A stretch of 64,000 bases of DNA, taken from NCBI GenBank assembly GCA_963765205.1, contig CAVXVB010000005.1, positions 576,001 to 640,000 on the forward strand. The letters run 5' to 3'. This DNA comes from an uncultured Verrucomicrobiae bacterium (GTDB lineage Bacteria; Verrucomicrobiota; Verrucomicrobiia; Opitutales; JABDGR01). The stretch's first letter is position 1. Each line of letters begins with the position of its first letter. Under the pieces are notes generated by a model. It was not told where the DNA came from. It saw only the letters and a list, made by a program, of their open reading frames with translations, and ran no database searches. Shown here in pieces: positions 29,689 to 38,546 of the stretch. The position numbers were made by a program, and so were the translations under genes.

Positions 29689-32600
29689 CTACCGCAGCGT
29701 CAAAATCAAGTCTTTCGGTTCGACGCGGTCGCCGACTTGGGCGGCGATTTCCTCGACCACGCCGTCGGTTTGGGCGTAGAGGGTGGTTTGCATCTTCATC
29801 GCTTCGAGGACGCAGAGTTTGTCGCCGTTGGCCACTTTTTGGCCGACGGAGACGGAGAGGCTGCTGACCATCGCGGGGATGGGCGCGCCGACTTGCTTCG
29901 CGTCGGCGGGGTCGGCCTTGCGGCGGGGTTTGCCGCGCGGCTGCACGGACTTGTCGCGCACCCGCGTTTCGCGCGCGCGGCCATTCAGCTCAAAGGTCAA
30001 CGTGCGGAGGCCCTCGGCGTCGGCGTCGCCAACGGAAATTAGTTTCACGTAGAGGCGCTTGCCTTCCTCAATATCAATGGCGGTTTCCTCGCCCGGTTTG
30101 AGGCCGTAGAAAAACACCGGCGTGGGGATGACACCCACATTGTCGTAATCCTCGGCAAACTTGACCATTTCCTCGAAGACCTTCGGATACATCAGGTAAT
30201 TATAAAGATCGTCGTCATCACTTTCGTGGCCGCAGAGTTTGCGAACGTGTTCGCGCGCGGCGTCCATGTCCACCGGCGGCGCCTTGGGGCGGCCTTTGCC
30301 GGCTTTTTTGTCGCCGAGCACGACTTGCTGCACCGCCTTCGGCCAGCCGCCGAGCGGCTGCCCCAAGCCGCCCGCAAGCATGTCCACCACCGACTCGGGA
30401 AACGCGGTTCCCGGCGGCAGGTTGACGAGGTTCTCCGGCTCAATGCCGCGCGTGAGGAGGAAAATCGCCAGGTCGCCGACGACCTTGCTGCTCGGCGTGA
30501 CCTTGACAATGTCGCCGAGGAGCGTGTTGACCTCCTCGTAATAGCGCACGACTTCGGGCCAGCGCGCGCCGAGGCCGAGCGCCGCCGCCTGCTCGCGCAA
30601 GTTGGTGTATTGGCCGCCGGGCATCTCGTGCTTGTAAACCTCGGCGCTGCCGAAGCGCGGGCTGGTGTCGAATGGTTCGTAGGCCTGCCGCACCGCCTCC
30701 CAGTAAATAGACAGTTCGTTGAAGAAATCCACGTCCAATCCCGTGGCCCGGGAGTGGAAACGCAGCGCGTGCGCGACGGAATTCAGGTTTGGCTGGCTCG
30801 TCAGGCCCGACATTGAAGCGACCGCGAGGTCCGCCACGTCCACGCCCGCGTCGCAGGCCGCGAGCACCGAGGCGGAGGCGATACCGCTCGAATCATGCGT
30901 GTGAAAATGAATCGGAATACCCAGTTCGCCTTTGAGGGTCTGGACGAGTTTCGCAATCGCCATCGGATGGCAGAGGCCGGCCATGTCCTTGATCGCGAGC
31001 ATGTGCGCGCCGCGCTTTTCCAATTCGAGCGCGAGTTCGACGTAATAATTGAGCGTATACTTCGCGCGGTTCGGGTCCGTGATGTCGCCGGTGTAGCAAA
31101 TCGCCGCTTCACAAATCGAGGTGGTGTGGCCGCGAATGGCCTCCATCGCGGGTTCGAGATTCGGCAGGTAATTCAGCGAGTCGAACACGCGGAAAATATC
31201 CATGCCCGCCTCGGCGCAGTGTTTGACGAAGCCCTGGATGACCTTGTCGGGATAGTTCGAGTAGCCGACGCCGTTCGCGCCGCGTAGGAGCATCTGAAAA
31301 CAGATGTTGGGGATTTTTTCGCGCAGCCAGCGCAGGCGCTGGAAGGGGTCTTCGCGCAAAAAGCGCAGGCAAGTGTCGAAGGTGGCCCCGCCCCACATCT
31401 CCATCGAGAAAAGCTGCGGCGCGCGGCGCGCGATGGCGTCGGCGCAGGCGGCCATGTCGGCGGTGCGCATGCGCGCGGCGAGGAGGGACTGGTGCGCGTC
31501 GCGGAAGGTGGTGTCGGTCACGAACAGGCGCTTTTCCTTGAGCACCCACTGCGCGAATTTGTCGGGGCCCAATTCGCGCAAGCGGTCGCGCGTGCCGGGC
31601 GGCGGCGTCTGGATGCGGTTCCATTTCGGCAGGATCACCGGCAGGGTGAGCTTGGGCACGGGGCGGCCTTTGACTTGCTCGTTGCCGTTGACGATGACAT
31701 CGCCCAGATACTTAAGCAGCTTGGTGGCGCGGTCCTGGCGGCGCGAGAAGCGGAACAGCTCCGGCGTGTTCTCGATCATGCTGGTGGTGGCCTGGCCGCT
31801 GCGGAACGTCGGGTGGTTGATGACGTTTTCGAGGAAGGGCAGGTTCGTCTTCACGCCGCGGATGCGCATCTCGCGCAGGGCGCGGTCCATGCGCTGGCAG
31901 GTGATTTCAAACGTGGGCGCCGAGGCCGTGACTTTCACCAGCAGGGAATCGTAGAAGGGCGTGATGACCGCGCCGGTGTCGCCCATCGCGCCGTCGAGGC
32001 GGATACCGAAGCCCGCGGCGCTGCGGTAGTTGACAATCTTGCCGTAGTCGGGTGCGAAGTTTTTCTCGGGGTCTTCGGTCGTGATGCGGCACTGGAGCGC
32101 CCAGCCCAGGCGCGGGATTTGGTCCTGTTGCGGTAGCGCCATGACTTCATCATGCAGCGAGCGGCCCTCGGCGACTTGGATTTGCGCGCGCACGAGGTCA
32201 ATGTCGGTGATGACTTCGGTGACGGTATGCTCGACCTGGATGCGCGGGTTCATCTCGATGAAGAACCACTCGTGCGTGTCCATGTCGTAGAGGAATTCGC
32301 AGGTGCCGGCGTTCTGGTAATTGACCGATTTGGCGATGCGCACGGCCGCGGCGCACAACTCGCGCGTGATGGCCGGATCGAGCGCGACGGAGGGCGCGAT
32401 TTCAACGACCTTCTGGTGGCGGCGCTGCACCGAGCAGTCGCGCTCGTGCAGGTGCAGCATGTGGCCGTGCTGGTCGCCGAGCACCTGCACTTCGATGTGC
32501 TTGGCGCGCCGGATGTAGCGTTCGAGAAAAACTTCGTCGTTGCCAAAGGCGCGTTCGGCCTCGCCCTGGGCCTCGGCCAGGCGCGCGGTGAGGTCCTTGG

Positions 32601-33129
32601 CCTCGAGGACGACTCTCATGCCACGCCCGCCGCCGCCGTGCGCCGCCTTGATGATGAGCGGAAAGCCGATTTTTTTCGCCCAGGCGGCGGCATCCTTGGG
32701 GTCTTTGACCGGGTGGGGGGTGCCGGGCAGCGTGGGCACGCCAGCCAGGTCGGCGATTTCGCGCGCGGCGGTCTTGTCCCCCATTTTTTCCAAAATCTCC
32801 GGCGTCGGGCCAACAAAGACCAGGCCCGCGTCGCGGCAAGCTTTGGAAAAGCGCGCGTTCTCGCTCAAAAATCCATAGCCCGGGTGGACACCCCACACGC
32901 CCTTGGCCTTGGCCAGCGCCACGATGCCATCAATATCCAGATACGCCGCGACCGGCCCCTTGCCCTCGCCGATGAGGTAGGCTTCGTCGGCCTTGAAGCG
33001 GTGCATGCAAAAGCGGTCCTCGTGCGCGTAAATGGCCACCGTGCGGTAGCCGAGTTCCGTGGCGCTGCGGAAGACGCGGACGGCGATTTCGCTGCGGTTG
33101 GCGACAAGGAGTTTTTTGGGCGCAAGCAT
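29689..33129 (-). CDS. pyc: Pyruvate carboxylase
   Basis: Biotin carboxylase (VANRSEIAVR, HPGYGFLSEN, ERDCSVQRRHQK), carboxyltransferase (FRDAHQSL, WGGATFD, IKDMAG), biotinyl EAMKM. Confidence 0.98.
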   Translation of the reverse strand: MLAPKKLLVANRSEIAVRVFRSATELGYRTVAIYAHEDRFCMHRFKADEAYLIGEGKGPVAAYLDIDGIVALAKAKGVWGVHPGYGFLSENARFSKACRDAGLVFVGPTPEILEKMGDKTAAREIADLAGVPTLPGTPHPVKDPKDAAAWAKKIGFPLIIKAAHGGGGRGMRVVLEAKDLTARLAEAQGEAERAFGNDEVFLERYIRRAKHIEVQVLGDQHGHMLHLHERDCSVQRRHQKVVEIAPSVALDPAITRELCAAAVRIAKSVNYQNAGTCEFLYDMDTHEWFFIEMNPRIQVEHTVTEVITDIDLVRAQIQVAEGRSLHDEVMALPQQDQIPRLGWALQCRITTEDPEKNFAPDYGKIVNYRSAAGFGIRLDGAMGDTGAVITPFYDSLLVKVTASAPTFEITCQRMDRALREMRIRGVKTNLPFLENVINHPTFRSGQATTSMIENTPELFRFSRRQDRATKLLKYLGDVIVNGNEQVKGRPVPKLTLPVILPKWNRIQTPPPGTRDRLRELGPDKFAQWVLKEKRLFVTDTTFRDAHQSLLAARMRTADMAACADAIARRAPQLFSMEMWGGATFDTCLRFLREDPFQRLRWLREKIPNICFQMLLRGANGVGYSNYPDKVIQGFVKHCAEAGMDIFRVFDSLNYLPNLEPAMEAIRGHTTSICEAAICYTGDITDPNRAKYTLNYYVELALELEKRGAHMLAIKDMAGLCHPMAIAKLVQTLKGELGIPIHFHTHDSSGIASASVLAACDAGVDVADLAVASMSGLTSQPNLNSVAHALRFHSRATGLDVDFFNELSIYWEAVRQAYEPFDTSPRFGSAEVYKHEMPGGQYTNLREQAAALGLGARWPEVVRYYEEVNTLLGDIVKVTPSSKVVGDLAIFLLTRGIEPENLVNLPPGTAFPESVVDMLAGGLGQPLGGWPKAVQQVVLGDKKAGKGRPKAPPVDMDAAREHVRKLCGHESDDDDLYNYLMYPKVFEEMVKFAEDYDNVGVIPTPVFFYGLKPGEETAIDIEEGKRLYVKLISVGDADAEGLRTLTFELNGRARETRVRDKSVQPRGKPRRKADPADAKQVGAPIPAMVSSLSVSVGQKVANGDKLCVLEAMKMQTTLYAQTDGVVEEIAAQVGDRVEPKDLILTLR

Positions 33130-33249
33130 GGGCGGCTGGGCGTGAAGCAACACGCGTGCCCGTTCGGAAAGAAAGGCCGCGCGCCCGCGAGTTATAACGC
33201 TTTGCGTGAGGGCGTCAATCCTGTGTCGCGCAACCCCTCCCTTTGCACC

Positions 33250-33564
33250 TTAATGAGCCGCACCAACCGGTTTCGCTGGGCCATGGATAGCGATGGCGGC
33301 CAGCTCGCGCAGTTCGAAGAACGCTGAATTACTGATTTCCGCCAGCTCGGCTTTCAGATATTGTGGTCCAATTTTGTTTATCGCCTTGGCGGCCCAGGCG
33401 CGGGCTTGGGGTGACCGGGAAGAATCCTTCATCACCGCGAGCAAGGCCGGCAACGCATCCAAGGAAAGCAGCACTTCCAAAACGTCAATGCAGCTCATTA
33501 GGTCCGCTTCGGAAATCCGGCGGTTGCCCAAACGATCAATGAGCCATTTTTCGTTCTCGTCCAT
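33250..33564 (-). CDS. Small HEAT-repeat-like protein
   Basis: ALPALLAVMKD...ARAWAAKAINKIG...LRELAAIAI. Confidence 0.65.
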   Translation of the reverse strand: MDENEKWLIDRLGNRRISEADLMSCIDVLEVLLSLDALPALLAVMKDSSRSPQARAWAAKAINKIGPQYLKAELAEISNSAFFELRELAAIAIHGPAKPVGAAH

Positions 33565-33570
33565 CGTGAG

Positions 33571-33858
33571 TTAGTTTTTAGCGGCTTGCCGCCCGGATTG
33601 CAAGACATCTTGAATCTCATTGATTCGGCGTTCGGCCACCAAGGCCACCCGAGCGGCCTGTTCGCGTGAAATCGGATGTCCCTGGGTATTCAGGCAGCTG
33701 GCTGATTGCTTGAGCAGGTGTTTTGCGGCGTCGAGGTTTTCGCGCAGGGCCACAATCATTTCCGGTGTGAGCGGCGCGCCAGGATTGGCCTGGACGCCTT
33801 TGCCCAAAGCTGTCCGGGCGGCATCCGCACCGCGAAGTGAAATAGGGTCGCGCGACAT
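33571..33858 (-). CDS. Small helical hypothetical protein
   Basis: 95 aa ORF ending 6 nt before the HEAT-like gene. Confidence 0.55.
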   Translation of the reverse strand: MSRDPISLRGADAARTALGKGVQANPGAPLTPEMIVALRENLDAAKHLLKQSASCLNTQGHPISREQAARVALVAERRINEIQDVLQSGRQAAKN

Positions 33859-33978
33859 TTAATGACGAGTCATCCACCATTGATCCCGGCAAATAGAGGT
33901 CAAGTTTATCTTTGGGAAAAGCAGCCGCTAGGGCGCATCAAGATTGCGCCTGGCCACTGTCTCCGCTTTGCTGGCCCC

Positions 33979-35190
33979 ATGCCGCTTCCGCCCAAAATCG
34001 CGTCCGTCGCCGCCCGCGCCCGCCCGTGGGTGCAGTTGAAATACTTTACCTACCATCCGCAGGTTTACTCGCGGATGCTGGGCGGGGCCTCGGAGGACGC
34101 GCGGGCGGGCGACCTCGTCACCGTTTACGACAAGGACGGCCAGCGCTTCGGCGCGGGGTTTTTTAACCCGAGCGCCCATGTGCCGCTGCGCGTCCTGCAC
34201 CATGGCCAGGAAACGGTGGACGAGGCGTTTCTCGAAAGCCTGCTCGACCGCGCCTGCGACTTGCGCGAAAAAATCCCCGGCCTGCGCGACCCGGCGCAGA
34301 CGGACGCCTGGCGCGCCATCCACTCCGACGCCGATTCGCTCTCGGGCCTGGTGGTGGACAAATACGCGGACGTGCTGTGCGTGGAAATTCACAGCCTCGG
34401 CGTTTACCGGCGCATCGAAAAATGGCTGCCGCGCCTGCTCGCGCGCCTCGGCGCCAAAAAGGCGACCGTGCGCGTGGACCCGTCCATCGCGCGCATCGAA
34501 CGAATCACCGGCCCAGCCGTGGCCGGCGACGCGCCGCCGGTGGTGAAAATCCGCGAGCATGGCGTGCGCTACGAAGTGGATTTCGCCAGCGGCCACAAAA
34601 CAGGATTTTTCTGCGACCAGCGCGAGAACCGGAAAAAACTTGGCGAATGGGTGAAGCAACTTGGCCCGCAGACGCGCGTGGCGGACTTGTGCTGTTACAC
34701 CGGCGGGTTTTCGCTCGCCGCGCGGCTGCTCGGCGGCGCGGAGGAGGTCACCGGCGTGGACCTCGACGAAAAGGCCATCAAGCAGGCGAAGCGCAACGCG
34801 AACCTCAACCAAGCGCGCATCAACTGGATTCACACCGACGCGTTCATGTGGATTCGCCAGATGCTCTTGAACAAGGAAAAATGGGACGTGATCGTCCTCG
34901 ACCCGCCCAAGTTTGTGTTCGACCAGGACGACGAGGAAGGCCGGCTCAAATACCGCGACCTGAACGGCCTCGCCATCCAGCTCGCCAAACCCGGCGCGTT
35001 GTTGGTGACGTGCTCGTGCTCCGGCCTGGTCTCCGAGGAGGAATTCACGCAAATCGTGATCGCCGCCGCGCATCACCGCGGTCGCCGCCTGCAATTCCTC
35101 GACCGCACCGGCCCCGGCCCCGACCACCCCGTGATGTCGAATTGCCCGGAAAGCCGTTACTTGAAATTGTTGTGGGCGCGGGTGTGGTGA
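33979..35190 (+). CDS. rlmI: Class I SAM-dependent rRNA methyltransferase (RlmI-like)
   Basis: PUA-like N-terminus, DSLSGLVVDKY, GHKTGFFCDQRENR, DLCCYTGGF, LDPPK, TCSCS. Confidence 0.88.
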   Translation: MPLPPKIASVAARARPWVQLKYFTYHPQVYSRMLGGASEDARAGDLVTVYDKDGQRFGAGFFNPSAHVPLRVLHHGQETVDEAFLESLLDRACDLREKIPGLRDPAQTDAWRAIHSDADSLSGLVVDKYADVLCVEIHSLGVYRRIEKWLPRLLARLGAKKATVRVDPSIARIERITGPAVAGDAPPVVKIREHGVRYEVDFASGHKTGFFCDQRENRKKLGEWVKQLGPQTRVADLCCYTGGFSLAARLLGGAEEVTGVDLDEKAIKQAKRNANLNQARINWIHTDAFMWIRQMLLNKEKWDVIVLDPPKFVFDQDDEEGRLKYRDLNGLAIQLAKPGALLVTCSCSGLVSEEEFTQIVIAAAHHRGRRLQFLDRTGPGPDHPVMSNCPESRYLKLLWARVW

Positions 35191-35195
35191 AAAAA

Positions 35196-35230
35196 GCTGC
35201 ACGTTGCAGGTTGCAAGTTTCAGGTTGGAA
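35196..35230. repeat. 7-mer tandem array (GTTGCAR type)
   Basis: GCTGCAC-GTTGCAG-GTTGCAA-GTTTCAG-GTTGGAA. Confidence 0.7.
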
Positions 35231-35277
35231 ATGACGGGTTTATCGCGCACTTTGATTGCTTAATTTGAACGATATTT

Positions 35278-35351
35278 TTCACCGCCAAGACGCCAAGGGC
35301 GCAAAGAAAAGAAAAAAATCCTCTTTGCGTCCTTCGCGTCTTTGCGGTGAA
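35278..35351. repeat. Inverted 9-mer repeat hairpin
   Basis: TTCACCGCCAAGACGCCAAGGGCGCAAAGA...TCTTTGCGTCCTTCGCGTCTTTGCGGTGAA. Confidence 0.85.
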
Positions 35352-35362
35352 CTTTAAGCACC

Positions 35363-35977
35363 ATGGCCTCCAGTTTCGACCATGCCCAAAAGCTCCTGCG
35401 CCAGTTGCCGGGGTTGGGCTTCCGCTCGGCGGAGCGCGTCGCGCTGCACCTGCTGGTTGAGCATCCCGAAAAGCTTGACCCGTTGCTCAACGCCTTGCGC
35501 GACGCCGCCGCGCGCCTGCGCCGCTGCACGCAATGCGGCAACATGACCGAGACCGCCGAAGCCGCCGCGCCCGCGCTGTGCGAAATCTGCCGCGACCCGA
35601 CCCGCCGCGTCGAGCAACTCTGCCTCGTCGAGACCGTGACCGACCTGCTGGCGATGGAACGCGCCGGAGCGTATCGCGGCCTCTACCATGTCCTGCACGG
35701 CAAACTTTCGCCGCTGCACCAGGTCGGCCCCGAAGACCTCAACCTCGCCTCGCTCACGCCGCGGCTGGATTCCGGCGCGGTCACGGAAGTGGTGCTCGCG
35801 CTGTCGAACGATATTGAAGGCGAGGCGACCTGCCATTACCTTCAGGAAACCTGCTTGGCCGGGCGCAAGCTCAGCGTCTCGCGCATCGGCTTCGGCCTGC
35901 CCAGCGGCAGCGGCCTGACCTACGCCGACGCCGACACCCTCCGCAGCGCCCTCGCCGCCCGAAGGGAGTATCACTAG
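35363..35977 (+). CDS. recR: Recombination mediator RecR
   Basis: LPGLGFRSAER HhH, CxxC...CEIC zinc finger, YHVLHG, EGEATCHY, SRIGFGLPSG. Confidence 0.96.
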   Translation: MASSFDHAQKLLRQLPGLGFRSAERVALHLLVEHPEKLDPLLNALRDAAARLRRCTQCGNMTETAEAAAPALCEICRDPTRRVEQLCLVETVTDLLAMERAGAYRGLYHVLHGKLSPLHQVGPEDLNLASLTPRLDSGAVTEVVLALSNDIEGEATCHYLQETCLAGRKLSVSRIGFGLPSGSGLTYADADTLRSALAARREYH

Positions 35978-36291
35978 GGCAGTGTTTCCGCAGTGGCTTG
36001 ACCATCGCCTGCGTCGGGAGATTGTCTGCCTTTGTCTATAATACTGTATGAAGGATTTCTCTGCTTCACTCCTAACTCCTGCTGTCCGCCATCCGTGGCT
36101 CTCCCTCATTCCACCCAACGTATCAAACGCATCCAACCGATCATTTGCGCTACCGCCCCATTTAGCTTATACTCCGGCCTCATCTTACCCATCCCGCTCC
36201 CTGCTCCTCCACACCGCAGACTCCCGTCCCCCATTCCACCCTCCGCCCCCCATTCCGCATTCAGAATTCAGAACTCAGAATTCATCCCCCC

Positions 36292-37446
36292 ATGCCCACC
36301 GTCCCCTTCATCCCCTTTGCGCGTCCAACGATTACCCGCGCGGAAATCAAGGAAGTCGCCGACTGCCTGAAATTCGGCTGGCTGGCCACCGGCCCGCGCT
36401 CGGCCCGCTTCGAAGAAATGCTGCGCGAGTATTTCGGCGCGCCCCACGCGCTCTGCTGCGTCTCCGCCACCATGGGCCTGTGGATGGCGCTCAAGGCGCT
36501 TGACCTGCGGCCCGGCGACGAGGTCATCACCTCGCCCATGACGTTCGTCGCGACGCTGAACACCATCGTACTCGCGGGCGGCCAGCCCGTGCTCGTGGAT
36601 GTCGAACCGGGCACCTACAACATTGACCCGAAAAAAATCGCCGTCGCGATTACAAAAAGGACCCGCGCGCTCCTGCCCGTCCATTTCGCCGGCTGCCCCT
36701 GCGACCTCGACGCGATTTACGCCCTCGCCCAAAAACACAAACTGCGCCTCATCGAAGACTGTGCCCATGCCATCGGCGCGGTTTACAAGGGCCGCCGCCT
36801 CGGCAGCTTCGGTGACATCCAGGTGTTTTCGTTCCACCCAAACAAGAACATGACGACCGGCGAAGGCGGCTGCGTCGTCACGCGGGATGATAAACTCGCC
36901 AAGCGCCTCGAGGTGCTGCGCTTCCACGGCATAGACCGCGCCGGCTGGACACGCCACAGCCAGACCGCCGGCCTCGGCCACTATGATGTGGTCGAACCCA
37001 GCTTGAAATCAAATTTCATGGATTTGCAGGCCGCGCTGGGCCTCCACCAATTGCCCGCGCTCGAAGGCTTCAATAAAAAGCGCCGCGCGCGCGCCGGTTT
37101 CTATTTCAAAAAACTCCGCGGTGTGCGTGGGCTGACCCTGCCCACCCCGCCCGCTTACGCGCACACCCACGCCTGGCACTTGTTCGCGCCCATTGTGGAA
37201 CCGGGCGCGAAGGTGGACCGCGACACGCTCATGGTCGAACTGAAAAAGCGCCAAATCGGCGCCGGGCTGCATTACACCGCCTGCCATCTCCATTCGTATT
37301 ACCAGAAAACCTTTGGCTGGAAACGCGGCGACTTTCCCGCGGCTGAGCGCATTTCCGACGGCATCCTCAGCCTGCCCCTTTACCCGCTCCTCACCCAACG
37401 CGACCAGGGCCGCGTCATCCGCGCGGTGCGCGAGATTCTGGGTTGA
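36292..37446 (+). CDS. arnB: DegT/DnrJ-family aminotransferase, ArnB-like
   Basis: GWLATGP, PVHFAG, IEDCAHA, FSFHPNKNMTTGEGG; upstream of arnC-like gene. Confidence 0.85.
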   Translation: MPTVPFIPFARPTITRAEIKEVADCLKFGWLATGPRSARFEEMLREYFGAPHALCCVSATMGLWMALKALDLRPGDEVITSPMTFVATLNTIVLAGGQPVLVDVEPGTYNIDPKKIAVAITKRTRALLPVHFAGCPCDLDAIYALAQKHKLRLIEDCAHAIGAVYKGRRLGSFGDIQVFSFHPNKNMTTGEGGCVVTRDDKLAKRLEVLRFHGIDRAGWTRHSQTAGLGHYDVVEPSLKSNFMDLQAALGLHQLPALEGFNKKRRARAGFYFKKLRGVRGLTLPTPPAYAHTHAWHLFAPIVEPGAKVDRDTLMVELKKRQIGAGLHYTACHLHSYYQKTFGWKRGDFPAAERISDGILSLPLYPLLTQRDQGRVIRAVREILG

Positions 37447-37452
37447 GGATGC

Positions 37453-37521
37453 ACCGCGAAGGCGCGATGATCGCAATTAAGTCGAGTAAATCTTTATTTG
37501 CGCTCTTGGCGCCTTTGCGGT
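37453..37521. repeat. Degenerate inverted 9-mer hairpin (same family as 35278)
   Basis: ACCGCGAAGGCGCGATGATCGCAA...TTGCGCTCTTGGCGCCTTTGCGGT. Confidence 0.75.
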
Positions 37522-37539
37522 AAACCCCCCTCTTTCCCC

Positions 37540-38484
37540 ATGCCTGTACCGGAAATTTCCGTCGTCGTGCCGGTTTACAACGAGGAGGCGAACCTCGAGC
37601 CGCTCTTCGCGCGCCTGGCCGCCGTGCTCGACCAGGTGGGCCGCCCCTGGGAAATCCTCTTCATCAACGACGGCAGCCGCGACCGCTCGCTCGAGCTGCT
37701 CCGGCGCTTCCATCAGCAGCGCCCGAAGCAGGTGCGGGTGATTGATTTCAACGGCAACTACGGCCAGCACATGGCCATCATCGCGGCCTTCGAGCGCGCG
37801 CGCGGCGAAATCATCGTCACCCTCGACGCCGACTTGCAAAACCCGCCGGAGGAGATCCCCAAGCTGCTCGCGAGAATTGACGAGGGCTGCGACGCCGTGG
37901 GCGGCGTGCGCGCCCAGCGCGAGGACAGCTTCGCACGCAAATACCTCTCGCGGCTCATCAACTTCGTCCGCGAGCGCACCACCGACATCCGCATGACGGA
38001 CCAGGGCTGCATGTTGCGCGCCTACCGCCGCCGCGTGGTGGAGGCCATCGTGCGCAGCGGCGAGCGCGCGACGTTCATCCCCGCGCTGGCCTACAAGTTC
38101 GCCAGCAAGAACGGCGAAGTCGAGGTCGCGCACGCCGCGCGCGCCGCCGGCGAGTCGAAATACAGCTACTACAAACTGATTCGTCTGAACTTCGACCTCG
38201 TCACGGGCTTTACGCTCGTGCCGTTGCAATTGTTCACGCTGTTCGCCATGACGTGTTCGGGCGGCAGCCTGTTCCTGGTTGCCCTGCTCCTCTACCGCCG
38301 TTTTATTCTCAATTTGGACCGGGAGACCTTTGGCGTATTCACCTTGCTGGCCATCGTCATCTTTCTCATCAGCGTCTGCATGGTTGGCATCGGGCTGATT
38401 GGCGAATACGTCGGCCGCACCTACCAGTGCGTGCAGCAGCGCCCGCGCTATGTGGTGCGGGAGATATTGGAAGACGCGGACTAA
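37540..38484 (+). CDS. arnC: Undecaprenyl-phosphate glycosyltransferase, ArnC-like (GT2)
   Basis: SVVVPVYNEE, NDGSRD, NYGQHMA, LDADLQNPPEEI, DQGCMLRAY, two C-terminal TMs. Confidence 0.88.
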   Translation: MPVPEISVVVPVYNEEANLEPLFARLAAVLDQVGRPWEILFINDGSRDRSLELLRRFHQQRPKQVRVIDFNGNYGQHMAIIAAFERARGEIIVTLDADLQNPPEEIPKLLARIDEGCDAVGGVRAQREDSFARKYLSRLINFVRERTTDIRMTDQGCMLRAYRRRVVEAIVRSGERATFIPALAYKFASKNGEVEVAHAARAAGESKYSYYKLIRLNFDLVTGFTLVPLQLFTLFAMTCSGGSLFLVALLLYRRFILNLDRETFGVFTLLAIVIFLISVCMVGIGLIGEYVGRTYQCVQQRPRYVVREILEDAD

Positions 38485-38494
38485 TTTATTTTGT

Positions 38495-38521
38495 ACCACG
38501 GAGGACACGGAGAACACGGAG
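38495..38521. repeat. Single arm of 9-mer repeat (same family as 18556)
   Basis: ACCACGGAGGACACGGAGAACACGGAG. Confidence 0.75.
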
Positions 38522-38546
38522 GGAATTTTTCCATCTTGCTTTTCTC

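Noticed and set aside
33840..33858. SRDPI at the ORF start resembles the Rhs core DPxG motif
   Set aside because: Only a short match; no Rhs/YD repeats or following GGxNxYxY pattern
35975..36035. Long imperfect hairpin after recR as an ncRNA or tRNA
   Set aside because: No tRNA arms or recognisable family motif; pairing is weak and could arise by chance
18556..38521. Repeats as a CRISPR array
   Set aside because: Units are 7-9 bp, dispersed and inverted, with no repeat-spacer structure and no cas genes
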